A DNA stretch of 55,194 bases from Nitrospirota bacterium (GTDB taxonomy: Bacteria; NPL-UPA2; JAADIA01). Position numbers and translations under genes: made by a program. Shown here in pieces: positions 1 to 9,097 of the stretch (within the stretch, counting starts at the first letter, position 1; every line of letters begins with the position of its first letter). Where the stretch lies: assembly GCA_013151555.1 (NCBI GenBank), contig JAADIA010000018.1, positions 1-55,194 on the forward strand. Direction: 5' to 3'. The notes below the pieces were generated by a model, which did not search any database, was not told where the DNA came from, and worked only from the letters and a program-made list of their open reading frames with translations.

Positions 1-746
1 CTCTCGGCAATATCTATCCCGGCCATAATTTTTACCCGGGAGATGACCGAGCCTTGAAGTCTCTTGGGAGGAGCGGGAACCTCATAGCAAATTCCATCTA
101 TCCGATATCTTACCCGAAACCGATTAGGGAGAGGTTCCAAATGAATGTCGCTCGCCCGACTTCGGAAGGCCTCTAAAATAAGAAGACTGACCAACTTAAT
201 TACCGGAGCTTCATCTTCTAACTCCTCTCCCTTGGTTTTATCTTCTTCTGCCTTTACGAAGGTAATATCCCGCTCGCTGATATCCTGAATCATACTCTCG
301 ATGCTCTCTTCTCCTGTTCCGTAATATCTATCCAGAGCCCGGGTCATCTCATCTTCAGGAGCCAGCACCCCTTCTACTTCACAATCAAGCATTACCCTGA
401 GATTATCCAGGGCAGAGAAACTTAAAGGGTCAGCCATAGCTACGGTAAGAGTATTATCATTCATCTTCAAAGGAAGGAAGCGATGTCTGCGAGCTAAAGC
501 AGCAGGGATCTTATCAATAATTTCCTTATCTATCTGATAGTTAGAAGGCTTAACCACCTCCATATTAAATTGAATAGCTAAGCACTTACAGAGGTCCTCC
601 GCATTAATAAATCCGTCTCTTAAAAGGATCTGACCTAAATTCTCCCCTCTGTTTTTCTGTTCCTCCAGAGCTTCGTTCAGATCTTTCTCGCCGACTAAAC
701 CTTGTTCTAATAAGATATCCTTTAAGGACCGCTGCATCTCTGCCAT
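1..746 (-). CDS. Type IV pilus/type II secretion assembly ATPase, PilB/GspE family (5' part; runs off the window start)
   Basis: Not in the ORF track; translated by hand: MAEMQRSLKDILLEQGLVGEKDLNEALEEQKNRGENLGQILLRDG...AMADPL...EAPVIKLVSLLILEAFRSRASDIHLEP...RVRYRIDG. MshEN-like N-terminus plus the ASDIHxEP and R(Y)RIDG motifs of PilB/GspE. Confidence 0.92.
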   Translation of the reverse strand, partial: MAEMQRSLKDILLEQGLVGEKDLNEALEEQKNRGENLGQILLRDGFINAEDLCKCLAIQFNMEVVKPSNYQIDKEIIDKIPAALARRHRFLPLKMNDNTLTVAMADPLSFSALDNLRVMLDCEVEGVLAPEDEMTRALDRYYGTGEESIESMIQDISERDITFVKAEEDKTKGEELEDEAPVIKLVSLLILEAFRSRASDIHLEPLPNRFRVRYRIDGICYEVPAPPKRLQGSVISRVKIMAGIDIAE

Positions 747-819
747 AATAAAAAAAATCCCTCTTTCTATTAATCAAAAGGCCTTGGTACAGGCACTTTT
801 TTTACCTTGCTTTGAGCTT

Positions 820-848
820 ATTATACCGGGAGATTCTCTTTCTGTCAA
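820..848 (-). promoter_or_regulatory. sigma70-type promoter for the PilB/GspE gene
   Basis: Minus strand TTGACA (848-843), 17 nt spacer, TATAAT (825-820): perfect consensus about 75 nt upstream of the ATG. Confidence 0.85.
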
Positions 849-897
849 CTCATTTAAACTCGTATCTATCGCTAGGGTTCGTTTGCTTTCGCTCTTT

Positions 898-1854
898 TTA
901 GCTCTCGAGAAATTTTCCCATTTTTCGATATTTATTATATCTTCTCTCTACTAATTCTCTTCCTGAAAGCTTCGTAAGCTCCTCCAAATTCCTCTTTAAA
1001 GATTTCTTAATATTAGAAGCAGATTCCTCATAATTCCGATGGGCTCCCCCTAAAGGCTCGGGAATAACCTCATCGATTATTTCCAATCCTAAAAGATTTT
1101 GAGCTGTCAAGTTCAAAGCCTTAGCCGCCTCTGGCGCTTTTGACCTTTCCTTCCAGAGAATAGCGGCACAACCCTCCGGAGAGATCACGGAGTAAACGGC
1201 ATTTTCCAACATCAGAATCCTATCTCCCACTCCCAAGCCCAAAGCTCCTCCACTTCCTCCTTCCCCAATAACTAAACTGACCAGAGGCACTTTCAGATGG
1301 GACATCTCCCTTAAATTTTCAGCAATAGCTCCAGCCTGCCCTCGTTCTTCCGCTCCGATTCCAGGATAAGCTCCCGGAGTATCAATAAAAGTAATAATAG
1401 GTAATCCGAATTTCTCTCCCAACTCCATTATTCTCAAGCTCTTGCGATATCCTTCCGGATGAGGCATACCAAAATTTCTTTTCAGATTTTCTTTAGTATC
1501 TCTTCCTTTCTGATGACCAACAACTACTATCGGCCGACCATCCAACTTAGCCATCCCCCCAACGATAGCTTTATCATCGGAAAAACTGCGGTCTCCATGA
1601 AGTTCCTGAAAATCATCCATAGTCAGATTGATATAATCCAGAGTGTAAGGACGATGGGGGTGACGGACTAACTTAATTCTTTGCCAGGGAGTGAGGTTGG
1701 AAAATATTTCCTTCTTCAGCTTCTCCGCTTTTTTTCTTAACTCCCCGATCTCTCCCGCCAGGTTCATCTCTTCAGAATCGGTGAACTTCTCCAGTTCCTC
1801 TATTTTCCTTTCCAATTCGACGATCGGCTTCTCAAACTCCAAATAAATACTCAT
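898..1854 (-). CDS. accA: Acetyl-CoA carboxylase carboxyltransferase subunit alpha
   Basis: YLEFEKPI start; [49 protein letters not shown] motifs. Confidence 0.98.
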   Translation of the reverse strand: MSIYLEFEKPIVELERKIEELEKFTDSEEMNLAGEIGELRKKAEKLKKEIFSNLTPWQRIKLVRHPHRPYTLDYINLTMDDFQELHGDRSFSDDKAIVGGMAKLDGRPIVVVGHQKGRDTKENLKRNFGMPHPEGYRKSLRIMELGEKFGLPIITFIDTPGAYPGIGAEERGQAGAIAENLREMSHLKVPLVSLVIGEGGSGGALGLGVGDRILMLENAVYSVISPEGCAAILWKERSKAPEAAKALNLTAQNLLGLEIIDEVIPEPLGGAHRNYEESASNIKKSLKRNLEELTKLSGRELVERRYNKYRKMGKFLES

Positions 1855-2096
1855 TCTTAACCCCTATCCCCGGAGAGCGGGGAGAGAAAAAGATTGAAAT
1901 CAGGTTCCGGATTTTCCCGGACTACAAGAAAATGCGTAGTCCTGCTCTTCATTTCTTAAGATTACGATAAGGAAGTTATAAATATACAGGGGAAAGTTAA
2001 AATAGGGTCTAACTTATTGCTTGTTCACCTGCAACACATCCCCGAACCAACTATGAAGCAAATAATCCCGGTTAAAATTTTTCCTGAATAAAAAGT

Positions 2097-3239
2097 TTAT
2101 TCTTTGATAATCACCGGCGTTCCCGGAGGAACTAAATCATACAGTTCTTCTACATCCTTATTGAACATTCTGATACAACCCTGACTCGATTTCTTGCCGA
2201 CTGTTTCCGGCTGAGTGGTGCCATGGATACCATATCCAGGCGAGGAGATACCCATCCAGCGGGTACCGAGAACATTCTTCGGATCCCCATAGGGATAGAC
2301 TCCATCCGGCGCATACCAGTCCGGATCAATAAGTTTATTGATAATCTTAAACTCCCCGGTGGGAGTATAGTAATCCTCAATACCAATTCCTACCGAATAT
2401 ACCTTAATCAACCGATCATTGAGATAAAGGGAAAGAGTGAATTCAGGTTTACTAACCACGATACGAAAATTGCCGGGAGTGACTTTTAAGGTCTTCCCGG
2501 GCCTGATCACCGAGCTTTTCAGTCCGTTGCTTTTCTTCAGAAGAGCAATAGTCGTCTTGAACTTTTTCGCTATGGTATAGAGAGAATCGCCGTCTTCCAC
2601 CTTATAGGCCAGGCTGTCCTTCTTATCTGTAATGGCAGAAGAAAAAATCAATTTGATATTAAGGTTACCAAGAGCCTTTCTGGCTTGAAGGAAAGAACTA
2701 CTTTCCGGAAAATCATCCATTACTTTCTGAAAAGCTTCCCGGGCTAACTTCCATTCTCCTTTAGCCGCCCGGATCCTCCCTTGGCCCAAAATGGCCTTAG
2801 CACTCATTTCCTTTGAGGAAAAATCGGTGAGAACCTTTTGATAGAACTGCAATGCTTTATCTGAATTACCTTGTTTTTCTTCCAGCCACCCCAACTGGTA
2901 ATATACTTTATCGGCATAGTTGCTTTCCGGGAAATCCTTAAGGAACTTCTGAAAATAATCTTCTGCTTTTTTATAGCTCTCCAACCCTACAAAAGATAGA
3001 GCAATCCGGTAAGAAGCATCGCGGGCTTCTTCACTCTGAGGATAATGCTCAATAACTTTCTTAAACTGGTTGATTGCCTCGGGATACTTTTTCTCCTCGT
3101 AAAGCGATTTCCCAAGGGCATAGGTCGAAATACGTTTCTCCTCCAGGCTTTTCTGCCAACGCAGAAGAGCCATAAAGGAAACGGCAAGCAAGCCAAGAAT
3201 GATAATCAAAACAGAACTTACCAATACTCTTTTACTCAT
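2097..3239 (-). CDS. Membrane-anchored TPR + LysM + YkuD L,D-transpeptidase
   Basis: N-terminal TM, CpoB/BamD-like TPR repeats, LysM (YKVEDGDSLYTIAKKFKTT), YkuD catalytic motif YGIHGT...SQGCIRM. Confidence 0.93.
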   Translation of the reverse strand: MSKRVLVSSVLIIILGLLAVSFMALLRWQKSLEEKRISTYALGKSLYEEKKYPEAINQFKKVIEHYPQSEEARDASYRIALSFVGLESYKKAEDYFQKFLKDFPESNYADKVYYQLGWLEEKQGNSDKALQFYQKVLTDFSSKEMSAKAILGQGRIRAAKGEWKLAREAFQKVMDDFPESSSFLQARKALGNLNIKLIFSSAITDKKDSLAYKVEDGDSLYTIAKKFKTTIALLKKSNGLKSSVIRPGKTLKVTPGNFRIVVSKPEFTLSLYLNDRLIKVYSVGIGIEDYYTPTGEFKIINKLIDPDWYAPDGVYPYGDPKNVLGTRWMGISSPGYGIHGTTQPETVGKKSSQGCIRMFNKDVEELYDLVPPGTPVIIKE

Positions 3240-4056
3240 AAAATGTTCTCCAGGTTTTCTCTAAATCCACTAACATCTCAGCTACCGATTGGTACCTCCG
3301 GGAAGGATTCTTCTCCAATGCCTTTAAGGTTAATTCTTCTAACGGAGGAAGAATATCATTGTAAACTGATGGTGGTTTAGGAACAACTCTTTTATCCAGA
3401 TGCATCTTTATGAGACTTTCTCGATCTTCCCCGGCGAAGGGTATTCTTCCCGCCAGTATTTCATACATTGTCACCCCGAAAGAATAGATGTCCGAACGTT
3501 CATCCACCCTTTCCCCTCTGATTTGCTCGGGAGACATATAAGCAAGAGTCCCATCAACCCCGCTTCCAAACAGCCGGGATAACTTTCCATCCTTTCTCGC
3601 CAAGCCAAAATCAGTGATTTTCACTTCTCCTTTCGTCGAGATAAGGATATTCTCCGGTTTAATATCTCGATGAATAATACCGTATTGATGGACATGATTA
3701 AGTCCTCTTGCAACTCCCAGGATAATGCGCAGGGGTTCTTTCAACAGCTTATCTCCCCTTATTATTAACTCCTTGAGATTTTTTCCCTCCACATATTCCA
3801 TGATAAGACAGGGAACACCTCTCTTTTTTCCTAATCTAAAGATCTTAATCACATTAGGATGATCAAACTTAGCTGCTAATTTAGCTTCTCTATAAAATTC
3901 TCTTACCACTCGCCGGTCAAGGGCCAAATGAGGAAGGAGTTCTTTAAGAGCCATCGTCTCATTTTTTTCCCTATCTTTAACTCTATAAACGTTAGCAATG
4001 CCTCCCTGATTGATTTTTTCTAAGATCTGGTACCTTCCCTCAAAAGAAAAGCTCAT
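3232..4056 (-). CDS. Hanks-type Ser/Thr protein kinase (kinase domain only)
   Basis: ALKEL, HRDIKPENIL, DFG, YMSPEQ, SDIYSFG; no TM or PASTA domain; 8-bp overlap with the LDT gene. Confidence 0.95.
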   Translation of the reverse strand: MSFSFEGRYQILEKINQGGIANVYRVKDREKNETMALKELLPHLALDRRVVREFYREAKLAAKFDHPNVIKIFRLGKKRGVPCLIMEYVEGKNLKELIIRGDKLLKEPLRIILGVARGLNHVHQYGIIHRDIKPENILISTKGEVKITDFGLARKDGKLSRLFGSGVDGTLAYMSPEQIRGERVDERSDIYSFGVTMYEILAGRIPFAGEDRESLIKMHLDKRVVPKPPSVYNDILPPLEELTLKALEKNPSRRYQSVAEMLVDLEKTWRTFYE

Positions 4057-4124
4057 TATTTCATCAATCCTTTAAACTTAGCGACAGAGTTTAGCAGTCT
4101 AATAAGAACATTAATCCCGGTTAA

Positions 4125-4154
4125 ATTATAGATGTAGAGGTTAGATTATGTCAA
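4125..4154 (-). promoter_or_regulatory. sigma70-type promoter for the kinase-LDT operon
   Basis: Minus strand TTGACA (4154-4149), 18 nt spacer, TATAAT (4130-4125). Confidence 0.75.
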
Positions 4155-4301
4155 GGAGTTTCCACCGCTTTCCTTTTTGATACAAAGAAAGTTAATTAAC
4201 ATAAAAGGGGAGAGAAACTGAAGATCACCGCTGAGGTGGAACAGTTTGGAAAAAGAGAAATGTCCCGGAAACCCTTTTATCCTAAAAGCCTACTTCTTGA
4301 G

Positions 4302-6725
4302 TTACCTTTCTCTATCTGTAAAAATAATTTTTGCTTCAGAAATAAAAAACCAGTTTCCCTGGGGTCCGGGCGCTTCCAGGTCATTTATTGTTAATGTGTT
4401 TTTTCCTTTTCTCAAATATCTTTCAGGTATCCGGTACTTCAATTCGGTCCAATTCGTTTCCCCGGCTTGATTCGGCCCCTTAAACACTTCTTTTCCATTT
4501 AACAATATTTGTATCGGGGTAACCCCGGGCTTATCATCATCCAGCCCACTTAACACCAGAAAGGCATCCTTTTTTGACATCTTATCCAGGATAAACACCG
4601 TCTCCATGCTTTCCTTTCCGTATACGCCTATTGCTACCTTGGGTGGAACCTGATAGGAATATCTTTTAGGGCCAAATGCTGCTCCATAAAGATCGAATCC
4701 GGGCAACAAAAGGTCTATCTCATTTTTTTTATTTGCCTGACGAACTTTTTTCGGCTGCGACGCTTCTATTTTTCTTATGAATTTTCCCATATTACTACGG
4801 TCATAAGAAGTAAGTTCTTTTAATATCGGCGCATCGTACCAGGGCACATCCTTACCGGGATTAATCTTCATTCCGAATTTATCGGAAAACCATTCCGGCA
4901 TCGATATCCTGGCTATAAAGCTTCTGGACATCTTTCTTTCTCTGGCAATTTCAACCATTTCCTTGAGTTTCAAAAACCTTTCCATCTTATCTCTGGTAAC
5001 ATACTGATCAAGGTCGGACCAGAGCACGCCGGTAAACTTCTCAAATTCGACCCGGGCATAGATCTGCGGGTTATCCTTTACTGCCGCTTCCGCCTTCTTA
5101 AATATGCGGTAAGCTTTTTTTGCATAATCAGCATTAATTAATTCATTGGCACGGGAATAAATCCCTTCATGGACAGGATTTTTTTTGTCATATATCCGGC
5201 TCCGAATTAAAGTCAAAAACTCTTTCATCTGTCCCGCAGCTTTCCCATAATATATTCCTAAAAACTCATTCTCAAGCTTCTCCGGGTCGAGCCCGGGATT
5301 CCATAAGAGTTTCCCCTGCACATAAAGAAATAAGTCCCCAAACAACCTCGGGGAACCACAGTATCGTATTCCCCTTATCCCCCTTGAATAATAAAACTTA
5401 AGCTTCTTATTCATAGCATCTAAAGGGAAAAAAGGTGAATATCTGTTTTTAAAATTCATCGCATAATCGAACATATATATGTTCTCAGGGGCAACTTTCA
5501 ACCAACCCTCAAAATCCGGAAGAAACTCTTTGTTGAGAGGGCAGAATAAATCGTGATCATGACATTTAGCTCCCCCGGGAGTGACATAGGGCGCTAACAA
5601 TATTCTCACATTAGAAGGTACTTTCTCTCTAATAGGCGGAGACTGGGTTGCCGGCGTATAAGCAAACGTCAAGATTAATTTGTCCGGGTACTTCTTCGCT
5701 ACGGCCCGGGCAATCGGTTTAATAAAATTCAACCATCTGTCCGTCAGGTAAGCCGGATACTTTCCTTTCATTACCACCGGCCCCGAGTCCAACACTCTGT
5801 CTTTATATTCATCCCACCCCGGACCGTCTCCCTGCGTCACCACAAAAAACTTGCCTTCGGGAAATTTGTCAATCCATTCAAGCACTCTCCGGGTAGCAAT
5901 CTTGCGAACTTCAGGGTTGCTTAACGTCAAGTGCACCCAATTATTGGTAAACGGTTTTAGCTTGCCGGACTTGTCATGAGCATAATACTCGGGATGGGAT
6001 TTTAAATATAAGTAGGGCGGACATAGATACCTTGAGGTATGCCCAACCTGCACTTTCTTAATTTTCGGATCCGCCCAGGTGGCCTCCGGGAAAACACTCA
6101 ACTGCTCTTCCAGGAAATGGGCGCTGAACCCTAATCTTGTCGTAGCAAAACCAGATATCTTTTCAACCCAGCCAAAACCGGACCTTACAAACCTGAACTC
6201 GAAGGCCGGGTTACGAACCAGGGAAAACTCCGGAACGATAATGCGCGTCGCAGAAGGTAAAATTTCCACTCCCTGGGCATATATCTTCACCCCCAATTTG
6301 TTCAGAAAACCATATACCCCGTAAATCACTCCCGCCCCTTTGTCTCCGAATATTCCGACATTCCCTCCTTTGCTTACCACGATATATCCATCAAACTTTA
6401 TTTTCTTCAGATCCTCTTTACCAATAAGCCCGGCATCTAAAGCCGCTTTCCCTAAATATATATTACCTTTGGACAAACGCCCTTGCCCATCCTTGTAAAC
6501 GGTTAAATTCTTACCCGTAATCTTCTTCAGATAATTCTGCAGCTCTTTTTCAGCCAAAGCCTCCCACCGGGTAGGAGTTGCAGGCAAGATAATTGCTTTC
6601 AACTCCCCGGTTCCCCCCCCAGACGATACCCCCCGAACAGGTTTAACCCCTGAGGCATGAGAAAAAGAAAAAGTGGAGAAAACCGGAATTAACAACAAGG
6701 CGATTATTATCAACTTCCTGTTCAT
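4302..6725 (-). CDS. Secreted DUF4838-like (glycoside hydrolase-like) protein with an extra C-terminal beta-domain
   Basis: Signal peptide; N-domain with ELQNYLKKITG and GVIYGVYGFL; PAFEFR; HPEYYA; LSNPEVR; TFAY; KLLWNP; YYGKAA, all typical of DUF4838 proteins. RBS GGAGG upstream. Confidence 0.8.
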   Translation of the reverse strand: MNRKLIIIALLLIPVFSTFSFSHASGVKPVRGVSSGGGTGELKAIILPATPTRWEALAEKELQNYLKKITGKNLTVYKDGQGRLSKGNIYLGKAALDAGLIGKEDLKKIKFDGYIVVSKGGNVGIFGDKGAGVIYGVYGFLNKLGVKIYAQGVEILPSATRIIVPEFSLVRNPAFEFRFVRSGFGWVEKISGFATTRLGFSAHFLEEQLSVFPEATWADPKIKKVQVGHTSRYLCPPYLYLKSHPEYYAHDKSGKLKPFTNNWVHLTLSNPEVRKIATRRVLEWIDKFPEGKFFVVTQGDGPGWDEYKDRVLDSGPVVMKGKYPAYLTDRWLNFIKPIARAVAKKYPDKLILTFAYTPATQSPPIREKVPSNVRILLAPYVTPGGAKCHDHDLFCPLNKEFLPDFEGWLKVAPENIYMFDYAMNFKNRYSPFFPLDAMNKKLKFYYSRGIRGIRYCGSPRLFGDLFLYVQGKLLWNPGLDPEKLENEFLGIYYGKAAGQMKEFLTLIRSRIYDKKNPVHEGIYSRANELINADYAKKAYRIFKKAEAAVKDNPQIYARVEFEKFTGVLWSDLDQYVTRDKMERFLKLKEMVEIARERKMSRSFIARISMPEWFSDKFGMKINPGKDVPWYDAPILKELTSYDRSNMGKFIRKIEASQPKKVRQANKKNEIDLLLPGFDLYGAAFGPKRYSYQVPPKVAIGVYGKESMETVFILDKMSKKDAFLVLSGLDDDKPGVTPIQILLNGKEVFKGPNQAGETNWTELKYRIPERYLRKGKNTLTINDLEAPGPQGNWFFISEAKIIFTDRER

Positions 6726-6808
6726 TTGCTTACCTCCCCTAAGGTTATAAGGCTTTTAGAAACAACTGCATGAACCATCCTGCCTGCGGCAAGCCACAGG
6801 GAATTCTT

Positions 6809-6938
6809 AAATTAGCGCCCTTCGGGCGAACTTCTAACCACGGAAGCACAGAAACAGTGGTCTTTCTTAAGTCGTTAATCTCTCGAACTCTCTTATGCTC
6901 AATAATGTTAAAAAGGAAACACCTATAGTATCAAGTTA
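6809..6938. repeat. Dispersed intergenic element, short copy (homolog at 46623..46823)
   Basis: Shares TAACCACGGAAGCACAGAA and GTGGTCTTTCTTAAGTCGTTAAT exactly, plus similar flanks, with the gatA-gatB spacer. Confidence 0.9.
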
Positions 6939-6980
6939 AAAAAATCTGTTTTCCCTTACCTTTCCAGGATACCATCCTGA

Positions 6981-8939
6981 TCATTTTTTGATGAATTTTC
7001 TGATATTATTACGGTCGGAAGAAGTAAGTTTTCTTAATGTTGGCGCATCATACCAGGGTCTACCTTTGCCGACCCTAATCTTGATCCCAAACTTATCAGA
7101 AAACCATTTTTGCATCGATATCTTGGCTATAAATTTCTGGGACATTTTTCTTGCCCTGGCAATCTTAACCATTTCTTTTAATTTCAACAACCTTTCCGTC
7201 TTATTTTTAGTAATATTTTGATTAAGGTCGGACCAGAGTACCCCGGTAAACTTTTCAAATTCAACCCGGGAATATATCACCGGGTTATTTCTTACCGCTG
7301 CCTCAGCTTTCTCAAATATCCGGTAAGCTTTTTTTGCATAATCAGCATCAACTAATTCAGAAGATTTCGCGTAAATATGCTGATGGACAGGATTCCTTCT
7401 GTCGTATATCCGGCTCCGAATCAAAGTCAAAAACTCTTTCATCGGCCCCGCAGCTTTCCCATAATACATCCTTAAAAATGTATTCTCAAGCTTCTCCGGG
7501 TCAAGCCCGGGATTCCATAAGAGTTTCCCCTGCACATAAAGAAATAAGTCCCCAAACAATCTCGGGGAACCACTGTATCGTATTCCCCTTATCCCCTTTG
7601 AATAATAAAACTTAAGTTTCCTATTCATAGCATCTAAAGGGAAAAAGGCCCCATATCTATTTTTAAAATTCATCGCATAATCGAACATATATATTTTTCC
7701 GGGAGCTACTTTCAACCACCCCTGAAAATCTTTAAGGAACGTTTTGTTGAGGGGACAGAACAAATCATGGCTCCAGCATTTAGCACCTCCGGGAGTAGAA
7801 TAGGGAGCTAACAATATTCTCACATTAGAAGGCACTTTCTCTCTAATAGGCGGGGACTGGGTTGCCGGTGTATAAGCGAACGTCAAGATTAATTTGTCCG
7901 GATACTTCTTCGCTACGGCCCGGGCAATCGGTTTAAGAAAATTCAACCATCTGTCCGTCAGGTAAGCCGGATATTTTCCTTTCATTACCATCGGCCTCGG
8001 GTCCAACACTTTATCTTTATATTCATCCCACCCCGGACCGTCTCCTTGAGTCACCACAAAAAACTTGCCTTCGGGAAACTTGTTAATCCAGGAAAGCACC
8101 CTCCGGGCGGCAATCTTGCGAACTTCCGGGTTGCTTAACGTCAAGTGCACCCAACCATTGGTAAACGGTTTTAGCTTGCCGGACTTGTCATGAGCATAAT
8201 ACTCGGGATGGGATTTTAAATACAAGTAGGGCGGACATAGATACCTTGAGGTATGCCCAATCTGCCATCCTTTAACTCTCGGGTCTGCCCAACGAGAACG
8301 GGGCATTACACTCAATTTCTCTTCCGGAAAAACAGCACTGAATCCTAACCTCATTTTAGCAAAGCCGGCCATCTTTCCATCCCAGCCATAACCCATTCTT
8401 AAAAACCTCAATTCGAAGGCCGGATTGCGAACCAGAGAAAATTCCGGAACAATAATGCGCGTCGCAGAAGGTAAAACTTCCACTCCCCGGGCATACATCC
8501 TCACCCCTAATTTATTGAGAAAACCATACACTCCGTAAATTACTCCCGCCCCTTTATTCCCAAATATTCCGATATTCCCTCCTTTGCTTACCACAACATA
8601 TCCATCAAACTTTATCTTCCTTAAATCCTCCTTGCTAATCATCCCGGCATCTAAAGCCGCTTTCCCTAAATATATATTCCCTTTTGCTAAACGCCCTCGT
8701 GAATACCGGTAAACAGTTAAATTCTTACCCGTAATCTTTTTTAAATAATTCCTCAACTCTTCTCCGGCCAACACATCCCATTTGGTAGGAGTTGCAGATA
8801 TGACTATCGATTTTAATTTCTCAGCTCCCGCAGAGGACGATACCCTGATAATAGATTGAGCCGGAAAGGCCAGAGAAAAAGAAAAGCTAAAAAAAGTTAA
8901 TGCTAATATTAATACATTTACAATTAATTTCTTTCTCAT
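6981..8939 (-). CDS. Secreted DUF4838-like protein, tandem paralog lacking the C-terminal beta-domain
   Basis: Same motifs as 4302..6725. Start moved from 9023 to 8939 (MRKKLIV) because of the GGAGGGTAAGCAAATG RBS, which matches the paralog, and the signal peptide. Confidence 0.8.
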   Translation of the reverse strand: MRKKLIVNVLILALTFFSFSFSLAFPAQSIIRVSSSAGAEKLKSIVISATPTKWDVLAGEELRNYLKKITGKNLTVYRYSRGRLAKGNIYLGKAALDAGMISKEDLRKIKFDGYVVVSKGGNIGIFGNKGAGVIYGVYGFLNKLGVRMYARGVEVLPSATRIIVPEFSLVRNPAFELRFLRMGYGWDGKMAGFAKMRLGFSAVFPEEKLSVMPRSRWADPRVKGWQIGHTSRYLCPPYLYLKSHPEYYAHDKSGKLKPFTNGWVHLTLSNPEVRKIAARRVLSWINKFPEGKFFVVTQGDGPGWDEYKDKVLDPRPMVMKGKYPAYLTDRWLNFLKPIARAVAKKYPDKLILTFAYTPATQSPPIREKVPSNVRILLAPYSTPGGAKCWSHDLFCPLNKTFLKDFQGWLKVAPGKIYMFDYAMNFKNRYGAFFPLDAMNRKLKFYYSKGIRGIRYSGSPRLFGDLFLYVQGKLLWNPGLDPEKLENTFLRMYYGKAAGPMKEFLTLIRSRIYDRRNPVHQHIYAKSSELVDADYAKKAYRIFEKAEAAVRNNPVIYSRVEFEKFTGVLWSDLNQNITKNKTERLLKLKEMVKIARARKMSQKFIAKISMQKWFSDKFGIKIRVGKGRPWYDAPTLRKLTSSDRNNIRKFIKK

Positions 8940-9097
8940 TTGCTTACCCTCCCTTATTTGCAAGGTTAAGGATTCCGGTAAATAGATACTGAGAAGAAAC
9001 CTGTTTCTCTCGAAATAATACATAAGGCATGAAAGTATCGCCCTTAAGGTTTTCCGTCCCCCCGGCTAAAACTATCGGTAATGCAGTCCATAAAGTA

